From NCBI RefSeq assembly GCF_030028105.1, contig NC_092397.1:27743097-27807096 (forward strand): a DNA stretch of 64,000 nucleotides, written 5' to 3'. The notes beneath the pieces were generated by a model, which saw nothing but the letters and a program-made list of their open reading frames with translations, was not told the DNA's origin and did no database searches. The stretch comes from Mobula birostris (Eukaryota). This document shows positions 37,140 to 49,902 of the stretch, piece by piece; the first letter of the stretch is position 1, and each line of letters opens with the position of its first letter. A program made the position numbers and the translations under genes.

Positions 37140-38650
37140 CAGAGTCAGAACCAGAATCAGGTTTATTACCACCGGCGTGTGTCATGAAATTTGTTAATGT
37201 AGCAACAGCAGTTCAATGCAGTACATGATAATATAGAAAGAATAAATAAATTACAGTATGTGTGTGTATGGATATGTTTATTTTGTAGATTGAAAACAGT
37301 GCAAAAACAGAAATAACATATATAGAATACATCTAGAGCAGTTTTGTCTGTTTTAAATTGAGAAATCAAATGTCTTCAAACTCCTTGTGAAACATATCTG
37401 CTGTCATGCCTTCATTTTACTGTAGCTGCATCGATATGTTGGGACCAGGTTAGATCCTCGGAGATATTGATATCCAGGAACTTGAAATTGTTCACTCTCT
37501 CCACTTCTGATCCCTGTATGAGGATTGGTTTGTGTTCCCTCATCTTACCTTTCCTTCAATCAGCTCTTTTGTCGCACTGACATTAAGCACAAGGTTGTTG
37601 CTGCGACACCACTCAACTAGCTGGTGTATCTTGCTCCTGTAAGTCCTCTCCTCTCCATCTGAGATTGTACCAGCAATGGTTGTATCCAGCATATTTATGG
37701 ACGGCTTTTGAGCTACGCTTAGTCGCACAGTCATGGGTAGAGGGGGAGTGGAGCAGTCGGCTAAGCACAATCCCTGAGGTGCACCAGTGTCAGTGTTGAT
37801 CGTCAGCAAGGAGGAGATATTAATTTGAATTTGAATTGACTTTATTTCTTGTATCCTTCATGTACATGAGTAAAAATCTTTGTTACATCTCCGTCTAAAT
37901 GTGCAATTTACAATCATAGTAATTTATATTAATTTATAATAAATAGAACAGCCAGTGTAACATAGAAATACACTCAAATCAGTGTGAGTTAATCAGTCTG
38001 ATGGCCTGGTGGAAGAAGCTGTCCCGGAGCCTGTGTGTCCTGGCTTTTATGCTGCGGTCCTGTTTCCCGGATGGTTGCAGCTGGAATACATCGTGGTTGG
38101 AGTGACTCAGGTCCCCAGTGATCCTTCAGGCCCTTTTCTCACACCTTTTGTTGTAAGTGTCCTCAGTCATGGGAAGTTCACAACTACAGATACACTGGGC
38201 TGTCTGCACCACTCTCTGTAGAGTCCTGCGATTAACGGAGATGCAGTTCCCATACCAGGCAGTGATGCAGCCATTCAGGATGTTCTCAATTTTGCCCCTG
38301 TAGAAAGTTGTAAGGATTTGGGGGTTCCTAGCAAACTTCCTCACCCGTCTGAGGTGAAAGCGGCGCTGTTGTGCCTTTTTCACCACTCAGCTGGTGTGTG
38401 CAGACTGCGTGAAATCCTCGGGTATGCTGATGCTGAGGAACTTAAAGCTGTTTACCGTCTCAACCCCAGATCCACTGATGTCAATAGGGGTTAGCCCGTC
38501 TCCATTAATCCGCACAGATTGTGGTGTCCCGGTTAGGAAGTCGAGGTGCGAGTTGCAGAGAGACCAGGTTCTGCAGTTTATTAATCAGGACTGTGGGATT
38601 GGTGGTATTAAACACTGAGCTATAGTCAATGAACAACATCCTGTCACAGG
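37140..38650 (-). mobile_element. Two nested Rex-Babar LINE fragments
   Basis: The host (TGAPQG, LVEWCRSNNL) is split at ~37822/38504 by a copy of the 16868-17540 family. Confidence 0.75.
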
Positions 38651-41600
38651 CTGTGCAGATGCACTACCCCTTGGTATGGAAGTTTTACCTGATCTTTGTT
38701 CTAACAGGATGTCCTAGTATTCTGAGGCTGTGCCCTGTGATCCCAGACTGCCCCGCTATCGGAAACATCCTCCCCACTCCATTGTAGGTCTTTCTATTTT
38801 TGATAAGTTTCAATGAGATTCCCTCATTCTTCTAAAGTCTAGCAAGTACAGGCCGAGAGCCAGCAAACAATCCTTGTGCATTAACCCTTTTATTGCCAGG
38901 ATCATTCTTGTGAACCTCCTGTGAACACGTACCTTTTTAGAGAAGGGGCCCAAAACAGTTCACAATACCAAGTGTGATCGGACCAATGCCTTATAAACTC
39001 TGAGCATTACATCCTCGCTTTTGTGTTGTAGTCTTCTTGAAATGAATGCTGACGTTGCATTTGATTTCCTTACCACCAAATCAACTGGCAAGTTTATCAT
39101 TAGGAAATCCTGCACATCGGAGACGTGCCTGACCCCAGTACCCGGGAGGGGGCACCCCACCGTGGCATCTCTCTTGCTGCCACAGAATCTCCTGCACATC
39201 CCCTGTACTGTGAGTCTGTTGTCATCACTGCTGTGATTGACCTTTCCTCCCGCGGAGCATCGGACCGGGGTGTCAGTATCACTGACGTGACGGGCTGCTG
39301 TTCTCTGGTTTGTCATCCTCCCAGGGGTATCCAAAGGAGTGTACTTGTTGCTGAGGGTCACAGCCACAGGGAGACATTGCACTGTCTGTCTCTTCCCCTT
39401 TCCAGTCGTGGTAGTCACCAAACTATTTGCAGCCTGACCTCAGGTTTGACCAACCCACTGAATCTCTGGTCTCAGCATCCCGGAAACTCTGGGTCTGTCC
39501 ATCTCCAGCACCATTCCCACTTCTAGTGGTCACCCTCATGCATTAATCCTTTTATTGCCAGGATCATTTGTGGCACCTTGTCAAAGAAAGCCTTTTGAAA
39601 GTCCAAATATATGACATCAGTGCATCCCCTTTATCCATCCTGCATGTAATCTCCTCAAAGTATTCCAACAGGTTCATCAGGCAAGACTTTCCCTTAAGGA
39701 AACCGTGCTGACTTTGTCCTTTCTTGTCCTGTGTTTCCAATACTCTTCAATAATTGACTCCGGTATCTTCCCAACCACTGAGGTCAGTCTAACTGGTCTA
39801 TATTTCCCTTTCTGCTGCCTTGCTTTGTTAAATGCCTTCCCTTTTGGTTTTACATTAGCTTTGATTTCCTTGTCAGCCGCGGTTGTACTATTTTGCCATT
39901 TGAGTATTTATTTGTTTTTGGAATACATTCATCCTGCACCTCCCTCATTCTCCCCAGAAACTGTTACTTCTCTGCTGCCATCCCTGCCAGCATCTCCTTC
40001 CAATTTATTTTAGCCAACTCTTCTCTCAAACCACTGTAACTGCCTTTACTCCACTGAAACACTGCTGTGTCAGACTGTACTTTCTCCCTGTCCAATTTCA
40101 AGCTGAACTCAATGATACTGAGATCACTGCCTCCTAAGGGTTCTTTTACCTTCAGCTCCCTAATCACCTCCAGTTTATTCAATAACACACAATCCAGTAT
40201 AGCTGTTCCCCTAGTAGCCCAATGACAAACTGCTCTAAAAAGCCATCTGTTCAGCATTCAGCAAACTCACTCTCTTCAGATCTATTTCCAACCTGATTTT
40301 CCCAATCGACCTGCATGTTAAAATCTCCCATGACTCTGATGAAATCTCCCCTTCCACAACATTGCCCTTTTGACCTGCCTTTTCTATTTCCTGTTGTAAT
40401 CTGTGGTCCACATACCAGCAACTGTTGGGAGGCCTGTAAACAACTACCATCAAAGTCTTTTTTACACTTGCAGTTTTTAAATTCAACTCACAATGATTCA
40501 ACATCTTCCGATCCTGTGTCACATCTTTCTACTGATTTGTTACCATTCTTTACCAGCAGAGCCACGCCATCCCCATTGCCTACCTTCCTATCCCTCTGAT
40601 ACGTGTAACCTGGGGCATTTAGCTCCGAACTAGAAACATCCTTCAGCCGTGATTTAGTGATGGTCACAACATTAAACATGACAATCTGTAATAGGGCAAT
40701 AAGATTATCCACCTTATTTCTTACACTCCGTGTATTGAGATATAACAGTTTGAGTTCTGCATTTGCTACCCTTATTGATTCTGCATTCCTCATGCACTGA
40801 TGCTCATCCTGCTGGCTGCAGTTATGTCCTATCATCTGCCTGCCCTTCCTGACAGTGTGACTGCATGCGATCTTTGCTTTTTTACCATCTGTCCTATCCT
40901 GCATCCTTTCACACCAGTTCCCATGCTCCTGCCAAATTAATTTAAACCCTCCCCAACCGCTCTAACAAACCAGCAGTATGCCCACAAGAAAACTAATCTC
41001 AGGGTTGTATATGGTGACAGAAATGTATTTTGATAATACATTTACTTTCAGCTTTGAACTTTGTAGTAGAGAGCTGGGTGTTGTACTGGTCTGTGTCCTC
41101 ACTGGCCGGTGTTGTGCTCTGGCAGCTCAGTGTACTTGGTATATAGTGTCAGTGTTTCGACAGAAGTGTGTCCTTATTACACAATTGATCTTGTCCATCC
41201 TGGAGTTTGGTAGATTCACTGGCGACCAGAGTGATTTTTTTCAGACTATTATTGGGCGGAGAATCATTCTGTGATCGTCGAGACTATTTGACCCATCAAA
41301 TTTATACCAACTCCTGCTACAACATTTCCACAATCCCATTCCCCACTGTACCCACAGCTCTGCAGGTCATTTCCCCTGAAGGACTTGTCTAATTCCTCTC
41401 AGAACACTGGTTGTTCCTGCCACCACTCTGCTGAGTCCCATATTTCTCAAGGTGAAGTCAAGAATGTCCCTCTCCCTGGTGGACGACATATTGTTTCAGG
41501 AAACCTTCCTGAACACAAATAATGCTCCATCCAAGCCTCGGTGCAAGGGAGTCCCAGTTACTCTGGGGAGGTTATTCACTCACCAAATCTACTCTGTAGT

Positions 41601-44600
41601 TTTTACATCAGTCCATAACCTGCCGACATATCTGTTCCTCTCTTACTGGCTGTTGTGAGGCTTCCAGTATAATCCTAGCACGGAGATTGCTCCTTTCTTA
41701 TTCCTGAACTCTACCCACATTGTCTGACTGGAGGAGCCTCCAGGGTGACCTTGACCTTGTGACATTCTGCCTGATCAGCCGTACAGATCCCCAACCTCAT
41801 TCACCTCCCTCTGGACTGCCTGAATCATCTGAATCCTGGAATGTTTCACTACCAGTCTTGCCCTTCTCTCAGCTGGATCTCTGTAAACATAAAATACTCT
41901 GCAGATGCTGGGGTCAAAACGAAAAGTCACTGTTTTGGGCCGGAACTGTAATACCTTTTTTATTTATTTCCTCGCTAGCAGGTGGCACTGGGATTATCCC
42001 CACCCCCACCACAGAGTTTCTACTTAACTTTTCCTCAACTCCCTAAGTTCTTTTTGCAGGACTTGTCTCTTTTGTTAGAGCCAATATGGACCACGACCTC
42101 TGGCTGCTCACCCTGCCCTTTCAGAATGGCCTGTACTTTTTCAGTTCCATCCTCGACCCTGGTACCAGGGAGGTAATGCATCATCCTGCAGTCTGTCTCC
42201 TTACCACAGATACACCTGTCTGTGACCCCGGCTAAAGACTCCCCTGTCACTGAGGCTCACCGAGAACACAGAACAGTACAGCACAGGAACAGACCCTTCT
42301 TCCCATGATGTCTGTGCTGAACACGATGCCAAATGAAACTAAATCTCTTCTGCCTGCTTATAATTCATGTGCTTAAATTCTCTGAATATTCATGGACTTG
42401 TCTAAAACCCTGTTAAATGTCATTATCATATCTGCTTCCACCACTCCCCAAGGCAGCCCATACCCGGCCCTCACCACTCTCTGTACAAAAACAGAAATCT
42501 TACCTGCCCTAACGTCCACCTTTAAATTTTCACCCTGGCATTTTAAAGCTGCACCTTCTCATATTTGATATTTCTACCCTGGCAAGATGATTCTGCCTGT
42601 TTACCTTGTCTACACCTCTCATAGTTTTATAAACTTCTGTCAGGTCTCCCCTCAGTCTCCTTCACTCCAGGGAAGACAGTCCCAGTCGGTCTGATCTTTC
42701 CTTGTAACTCAAGCCCCGCAGTCCAGGTAACATTCCTGTGAATTGTTTCTGCACCTTTCCAGCTTAATCACATCCTTCCTCTCATGTGACCAGAACTGCA
42801 CAGGGTACTCCTGGTGTGGTGTCATTATTGATATGTACAACTGTAATGTGATGACCCAACTCCTCTCATAGCCTTTGCCGATGAAGACAAGCATGTCGTG
42901 TTCCTTCTTCACCACCGTGTCTACCTGTGTTGGCACTTTCAGGGAATTGCTTACCTGTGCCCCAGGTTTCTCTTTCATCAACACTCCTCAGGACCCTCCA
43001 TTCAATGGGTACATCCTGACTTGCTTTAACTTCCCAAAATCCATCATTGTGCACTTGTCTGTCACGGTAACAACACTTCTCTGTTTCTCTGCACCAACAC
43101 CCCAGCAGTAAATGTCAATGAACCATTCACCTCTGAACCTTGGTCATATATGGTTTTATGAACCACTCACTGCTCCCGTCTCTATTTTGTTGTGTAGTTC
43201 AGCACCTTGACCCCTCTCTATTTCTCTCGTTTACAATTTATCTCCACATAAATCACAGTCTGACTTTTGATTCCTCCTACCATTCTACATGCCATCACAC
43301 TTCACCACATTAAACTCCATTTACCAAGTATTCTACTCACCAGCTTCTTCTTATCCTGTTGGAGAGATGAAATGTCCAATCACATCATGTCCCCCACCAC
43401 ATTCCCTGTCATTGACCTCCCTCCTCTGGGTCATTAATATCAATAATAAATCATTGTCGATCCAGAACTGGTCGCTGGGACACTCCACTAGTAATATCAT
43501 CCCAGTCTGAAACAGACCTGTTATTCTGTCTCAGTATGATGACCAGTCTTCAGTCAGTATTAACACACTTCCTTCCCAGTACTGAGCTCTGGTCTTGTGC
43601 ACCAGCCTTACATGTGGCACCTTGGCAAATGGCTCCCGAAAATCCAAGAACACCGCTTCTCCAACTTCCCCTGTAAAGTCTCAAATCTCTGGTATGTTTG
43701 TCAAACATGACTGAACGTTCAGCAACCCAGGTTACAGGGTCTAAGACCAGGTTCCAGATGGACAGGGTGGTGAAGAGGCTTTTGGAACACTGGCCTTCAG
43801 TCAGGGCACCGAATATAGAAGCTGGGATGAAATGTTGCAGTTGTCCAACACGTTGGTTTGGCCGCATTTCGCAAATAGTGTTTAGTTTTAGTGACCCTGC
43901 TGTCTGACAGACACCATTAAGCTGGGAAGAGAGCAGAGGAGGTTTACGAGGATGTTGCTGGATCTTGAAGGACTGATTTGTGGAAAGCGTTTTGGTCAAT
44001 TTTCCCTGGAATGTTGGAGAATGAGTAATGATATTGCAGAGGTGTAAAAAATAATAAGGGGCCTGAGTTGGGTCAAAGATAACAATCATTTTGCCAGTGT
44101 TGGGGAATCAAGAACTGGAGGGCATTGGTTTAAGATGAGATTTAATAGGAACCTGAAGGGCAACTTTTCCAGTTGGTGGTGGTGAGGGGGTTACAGACCA
44201 CGAACTCAGATGGAAACTTTGGTCATCGTGGACAATTTAAGCTGAAGGTCTTGTTTCTGTGCTGTGTGAATCTGACTGTAAACCCTGTTGACTTAGTTCA
44301 ATGACATTAAACTTTTCGAAATGATTTGCTATTTCTTGATAGATTATCGACTCCAGTACCTGAAGTGAAGTTAACAGGACTACAGTTACCTTCCACCATT
44401 CTTCAACAATGGTTTTCAACTAACTGGGACCTTTCTGTAACAGTGAGTTTTGACAGACTTCAATGTCTCTCCTTTCTCTCCAGACTTTAGTGCAGGTCGT
44501 TGGGACCTGGTAATGTTTGCTTTTAGTCCCATTAGTTTCTCCCTGGAGACGGCGGTTGTTACACATTATGGCACAATATTGAAATGTCACCATCAGATAT

Positions 44601-44635
44601 CTGTGGGATGTTTTCTGTGTCCCCACTGTGAACAC
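38650..44635. mobile_element. Patchwork of decayed CR1 fragments on both strands
   Basis: APE remnants LYLNTRSVRNK and VVYRPPNS (39560-40960, -); ORF1 LPGTRV..VVVHIGSN (42035-42250, -); RT 3' ends (42266-43060, -; 43740-44260, +). Confidence 0.75.
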
Positions 44636-44738
44636 TAACTCCTTGTCGGTCTGATGGTCTGATGTTCAGTGCAGACTGGCAATCCTGCGACACCGCTGGT
44701 GCTTGACTCCATCGGTCTCCGCTGTTGCTCTGGAATCA

Positions 44739-45386
44739 TCATCTCCTGCATGGGCAACTGCTTGCTTTACGTATCGTACGTCCCCGACTTGCTTTACGTT
44801 TCGTACGTCCCCGACTTGCTTTACGTTTCGTACGTCCCCGACTTGCTTTACGTTTCGTACGTCCCCGACTTGCTTTACGTTTCGTACGTCCCCGACTTGC
44901 TTTACGTATCGTACGTCCCCGACTTGCTTTACGTATCGTACGTCCCCGACTTGCTTTACGTTTCGTACGTCCCCGACTTGCTTTACGTTTCGTACGTCCC
45001 CGACTTGCTTTACGTATCGTACGTCCCCGACTTGCTTTACGTATCGTACGTCCCCGACTTGCTTTACGTTTCGTACGTCCCCGACTTGCTTTACGTTTCG
45101 TACGTCGCCGACTTGCTTTACGTTTCGTACGTCGCCGACTTGCTTTACGTTTCGTACGTCGCCGACTTGCTTTACGTTTCGTACGTCGCCGACTTGCTTT
45201 ACGTTTCGTACGTCGCCGACTTGCTTTACGTTTCGTACGTCGCCGACTTGCTTTACGTTTCGTACGTCGCCGACTTGCTTTACGTTTCGTACGTCGCCGA
45301 CTTGCTTTACGTTTCGTACGTCCCCGACTTGCTTTACGTTTCGTACTTCCCCGACTTGCATATCGATTTCCACAGCTAGGGCGCAA
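44739..45386 (-). CDS. Candidate protamine-like / sperm nuclear basic protein ORF; no in-frame ATG, so possibly an exon, a pseudogene or non-coding
   Basis: (ASR[R/G]RT[K/I]RK)x22 flanked by RPSCGNRY and SSCPCRR*; 116/215 residues are R+K, none acidic, Cys only at the termini; the listed start is TTG. Confidence 0.3.
   Translation of the reverse strand: MRPSCGNRYASRGSTKRKASRGRTKRKASRRRTKRKASRRRTKRKASRRRTKRKASRRRTKRKASRRRTKRKASRRRTKRKASRRRTKRKASRRRTKRKASRGRTKRKASRGRTIRKASRGRTIRKASRGRTKRKASRGRTKRKASRGRTIRKASRGRTIRKASRGRTKRKASRGRTKRKASRGRTKRKASRGRTKRKASRGRTIRKASSCPCRR
44761..45354. repeat. 27-bp minisatellite, exactly 22 copies, 4 unit variants
   Basis: Unit cttgctttacgt(t/a)tcgtacgtc(c/g)ccga; 594 bp = 22 x 27 with no indels. 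Confidence 0.98.
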
Positions 45387-45414
45387 TATCCATGGTCGAC
45401 CCTGACCAGCGGAG

Positions 45415-45800
45415 AGCCATCACCAACATGTTTGCATGTGGCCTCCTCTACTGCTACGACGAAGCCAAGTACAGGTTAGCCAAACAACACCTCATATTCT
45501 GACTGTGCAGCCTCCAATCTTGATAGAATGAACATTGATTTCTACCAATTCCGGATATCACTACACTCTGTTTTCCTCACCCCCACTTCTTTTCCCCCAT
45601 TCTGATACCATTTAACCCCTTCACCTCTCTTCACACACCCTCATGACCTGGCCATCAACTCTGTCTGGTTCTCCACCTCCTTCGTGTCATCCCATGGTCC
45701 AAAGTTCTCTCCTATTGGATTCCTTTCTCTTCATCGCTTTGCCTTTTCTGCCTGTCACCCAGCTCCTCAGATCATCATCCCTCCACAAACCACACGTTCC
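45415..45800 (+). mobile_element. Penelope-like GIY-YIG C-terminal remnant
   Basis: NMFACGLLYCYDEAKYRLAKQHLIF followed by a pyrimidine-rich tail; homologous to ~1135-1450. Confidence 0.75.
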
Positions 45801-45824
45801 CTAAGGATGAGCTGTACCTAATGC

Positions 45825-46170
45825 AATCTGCAAGAGAACTGAGACTTCAGAAAAGATTTGTTTTCCAGCAAGACAATGACTGCGAGCTTAAAACCAAAGC
45901 TGCACAGGAATGCCTTAAGACAACACAGTTCATGTCCTGGTGTGGCCAAGTCAGAGTCCAGGCCTCAGTCTGTGGCTGGACTTGAAAAGGGCTGTTCACT
46001 CATAAACTCTGTGCATTCTGACAGACCTTGAGCAGTTTTGTAAGGAAGAATGGGAAAAATTGCAGTGTCCAGATGTGCAAAGCTGATAGTGACCTATCCA
46101 CATAGACTCATGGTTGTAATTGCTGCCAACGGTCCATCGACTAAATACTGACTTGAAGGAGGTGAATACA
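45825..46170 (+). mobile_element. Tc1-like transposase C-terminal remnant
   Basis: FVFQQDND, WPSQSP, LEQFCKEEWEKI, SRCAKLI.TYP.RL..VIAA.G.STKY*. Confidence 0.85.
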
Positions 46171-46779
46171 CCTACCTGCACAGGGTCCATTCCCTGTACG
46201 TTATATTACATGACACCCTTACTCTTATGTTTAACACCCTGACCAGTGGAAACCAGCATTCTGCACACCTTATCCCGCTGTGTAGCCACATTCAGTGAAC
46301 TATGTGCCTGGATCCCAAGATCACTCTTTACACCAATGCTGTGAAGGGGTCAGACATTAACATTATACTTTCTTCTTTCATTTGACCTCCCAAACTGCAA
46401 CGCCACATTCCCTCCCAGATTAAATTCCTTCTGCAGCTACTCTGCATATCTGTTTGTGATCTGTATCCCACTGTGTGCATTGATCAATATCTACACTGTC
46501 CACAATTCCACCTATCTTGCTGTCACCTGTAGACTTGTAAACCGCCCATCAACATTTTCATCCAAACATCGATATATATCAGAAACAACATAATTCCCAG
46601 CATCAATCCTTGTGGATCACCACTGCTCACAGACTTCCAGCCCTACTTAGCCTTCTATGAGAAAGCCATTTCTGAATTGAAATTGCAATTTATATTGAAT
46701 CCCACTGCTCTTTTTCAAATGCCTTACTGAGGTTTATGCGGATCATGTCCACAGCCTTGCCCTCATCAAGCACCAAGAT

Positions 46780-47725
46780 GTTGGGTCTTATTCTTTTCAC
46801 ATTATATGTCAATGATTTGGATGATGGAATTCATGAATTTATTGCAAAATTTGCAGATGATATGAAGAGACAGGTGGAGGTGCAGGTATTTTTGAGGAAA
46901 TAGGGAAGGACAGACAGATGAAGAGAATGGGCAAAGAAGTGGCAGATGGAATACAGAATTGGGAAGTGTATGGTCATGCACTTTGGTTGAAGAAATAGTA
47001 GGGTTGATTATTTTCTAAATGGAGAGAAGATACAAAAAATTGAGGTACAAAGGGATTTGGGAGTCATTGTGCAGGATTCTCTACAGGCTAATTTGCAGGT
47101 TGGGTCTCTGCTGAGAAAGGCAACTGTGATGTTAGCATTCATTTCAAGAGGACTGGAATATAAAAACAAGACTGTAATGTTGAGACTTTATGAAGTACTG
47201 GCAAAGTCTCACTTGGAGTATTGGGAGCAGTTTTGGGCCCTGTATGGAAGGATGAGCTGAAACTGGATGGGTTTCAAACGAGATTCTCTGAAATGATTCC
47301 AGGATCAAACAGCTTGTCATATGAAGAACATTTCATGGCTCTGGGCCTTTTATTCACTGGAATTGAGAACAATGAGGGATGACTAATTGAAACCTATCAC
47401 TGTGATAAAGTTGATGTGGAGAGGATGGGAGTGTCTAAGACCAGAGGACACAGCCGCAGAATAGAGGAGCATCCTTTTAGAATGGAGATGAGGAGGAATT
47501 TCTTTAGAGAGAGTGGTGAATCTGTGGAATTCGTTGTCACAGGCAGCAGCTGTGGAGGCCAAGGTATATTTAAGGTAGAGATCGATAGATTCTTGATTGG
47601 TCAGAGCATGAAGGGACACATGGAGAAGGCAGGAGATTGGGGCTGAGAGGAAAAATGGATCAGCCACAATGAAATGTCAGAGCAGACTCGATGGGCCAAA
47701 TGGTCTAATTCTACTCCTATACCTT
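46780..47725 (+). mobile_element. CR1 RT/3' end fragment
   Basis: LFTLYVNDLDDG..KFADD, WAKKWQMEY and AFISRGLEYK; 3' 'atgggccaaatggtctaattctactcct'. Confidence 0.85.
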
Positions 47726-49424
47726 AGTCTCTGTCATCACCTCACAAACCTCGAGCAACTTTGTCAAGCATGATCTGCCCACACAAAACCATGCTGATTG
47801 TCCCTAAGCAGGCCATGCCTTTGCAAATGTGCATAAATCCTGTACCTCAATATTTAACTCTGACCTGGTGGTCTTTAAACAACTCCCACGTGTGGCTGCT
47901 CCCAATCAATGCCCCTTGGCTTCTGTCTTACTACGTCCTAACTTGCCCTCCTGCAATTTAGTACCTTCTTACAAGATCTAATTTTATTCTTACTCATAAC
48001 TAAGAAAAATATAAGATCCCAAAATTTTCACTGAGTCTTGGCTGTCTCCTGGTCTGGTTCATTTCCCAAAACTAATTCCCACATGTTCTCAACTCTGGTT
48101 GGGCTCGACATAATGTTTCAAAATTTCCTCAGATTCACTAAAGAAATCTTGCGCTTCTTAGTATTGAGCAAATTCCAGTGAATTCTAGGGAAGATAAAGT
48201 CCCCCCACTGGTTATTGTGGGGCCAGTGCAAACATCCCAGCAGTGTAACTGCAGATTGCCTCTGTAAATGAACCTTCCAGTTTGCAGTGACATTCCCAGT
48301 GGGGTAACCTCTGCATCTTTTAACCCCCCCTCCCACCCCCACTCACATGTAAAACAATCAAACCCAGGAATGTTGAGCTGCCAGCCCTGTCCGTCCGACA
48401 ACATAAAACTCCTAATGTTGAAATAAACTCATTTCAGCCCAGCAATCCCACCATGTTTATTAGCCTGACATTGGCTCTCGTTCTTTTCAGACTGTCTTGT
48501 CAGACATACATTCTCCCACTTGCTACTCCAGTTCAAACTCTGCCAAGTGACACCATCAAACCTCCTGGTGAAGGTATTGGTTCAAATGCAAATGGTCTTG
48601 TTTGTCCCGGTCTCCCAGCTGCCTGGACCACCCATGAATCCATGAATCTGAAAACCTCCCTCCTGCATCAGTTCCTCAGCAACATATTAAACTGCGCGAA
48701 ATATCGATTTCTCACCACACTAGCGCATGGTTTTGGTCACAATTCCGCGATTACAATCCTGGAAGTCCTGCTTTTTTTTAACCTAGTTCTCTAAAACCAC
48801 TGTATAGGACTTAACATCCCTGCTCATTTAAACCCTTCCGTGTAGCACGAAGAAGGCTCCCCGGAAACATATTGGCTCCCCTCCTCCTTGGACCCGTCTC
48901 TCGTTTCCCTTGAGACCCAAAGATCCTTGTACCTGAAGAACCACCCACCTCGCACCAGCTCCTCAGCCACCCCTTTACCTGGGCTTTAGAAGGCGCCAGA
49001 AGCGCGGTCTATATATCTGGTTATGTATCCTGTTCCTGTATGTGACCAGTCTTTCATTTCCCTGACGACCCAGAGGAACAATTGTTCTAATGAATCAACC
49101 CTCTCATCACTGGAAGTGACTGCACCCTCGCCCACCAACTGCTGTGTGTGAGGGCGCTGACACTGGTCATGGGGCCGGGAGGGACAGACCGAGGTCCTCG
49201 GGGATTTGTAGAATGGAAAAGCACTTCCTTTAATTTAAAGCAGGAGAATCGGCAAATTCCCAGAAAACCCATAGTATGTACGTGGTGTGTGAGGGAGTTT
49301 TGTTTTTCGCTGGAGCGCTTTGTGTCGGATGAATCGTTGGAAATTGGCGGTTGTGGTAAAGTGAAGGCGGAGCTGGACGATGAGAGGCCGCTCTCGGCTC
49401 TGTCCGTCACTCTGACTCTGTCTC

Positions 49425-49490
49425 CTCCCCTCCCCGCCTCTGTCTCTCTGCGCGTTTCTCGGGCAGGTCGGGGCGCTGTGTATAAAAGGA
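49425..49490 (+). promoter_or_regulatory. H4 promoter
   Basis: GC box ccccgcc, a GGTC-containing H4 subtype-like element, and TATAAAA at 49481-49487. Confidence 0.75.
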
Positions 49491-49532
49491 GATAGCAGCA
49501 GGCAGTTTGTCAGTGAGCAGCGACTTGAGTGA

Positions 49533-49853
<321 letters not shown>

Positions 49854-49886
49854 AAAACTCCCACTTCCTCCCGAGCACGAAACAAA

Positions 49887-49902
49887 GGCTCTTCTAAGAG
49901 CC
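49887..49902 (+). terminator. Histone 3' stem-loop (H4)
   Basis: GGCTCT-TCTA-AGAGCC followed by ACCCA and a purine-rich downstream element. Confidence 0.93.

Noticed and set aside
44700-44790. Array arising from the LLYIG motif of a Penelope GIY-YIG domain (GIIISCMGNCLLYV)
   Set aside because: The resemblance is only a loose peptide match, with no convincing nucleotide similarity to the Penelope copy at ~980-1040.
44761-45354. CRISPR-like array
   Set aside because: The units are contiguous with no unique spacers, there are no cas genes, and the context is eukaryotic.
44739-45386. Basic ORF derived by frameshift from the neighbouring H1 tail
   Set aside because: The H1 tail unit is 30 bp (aagaaaccagcggctaaaaaagcggcagct), and its shifted frame (RNQRLKKRQL) does not resemble the 27-bp unit.
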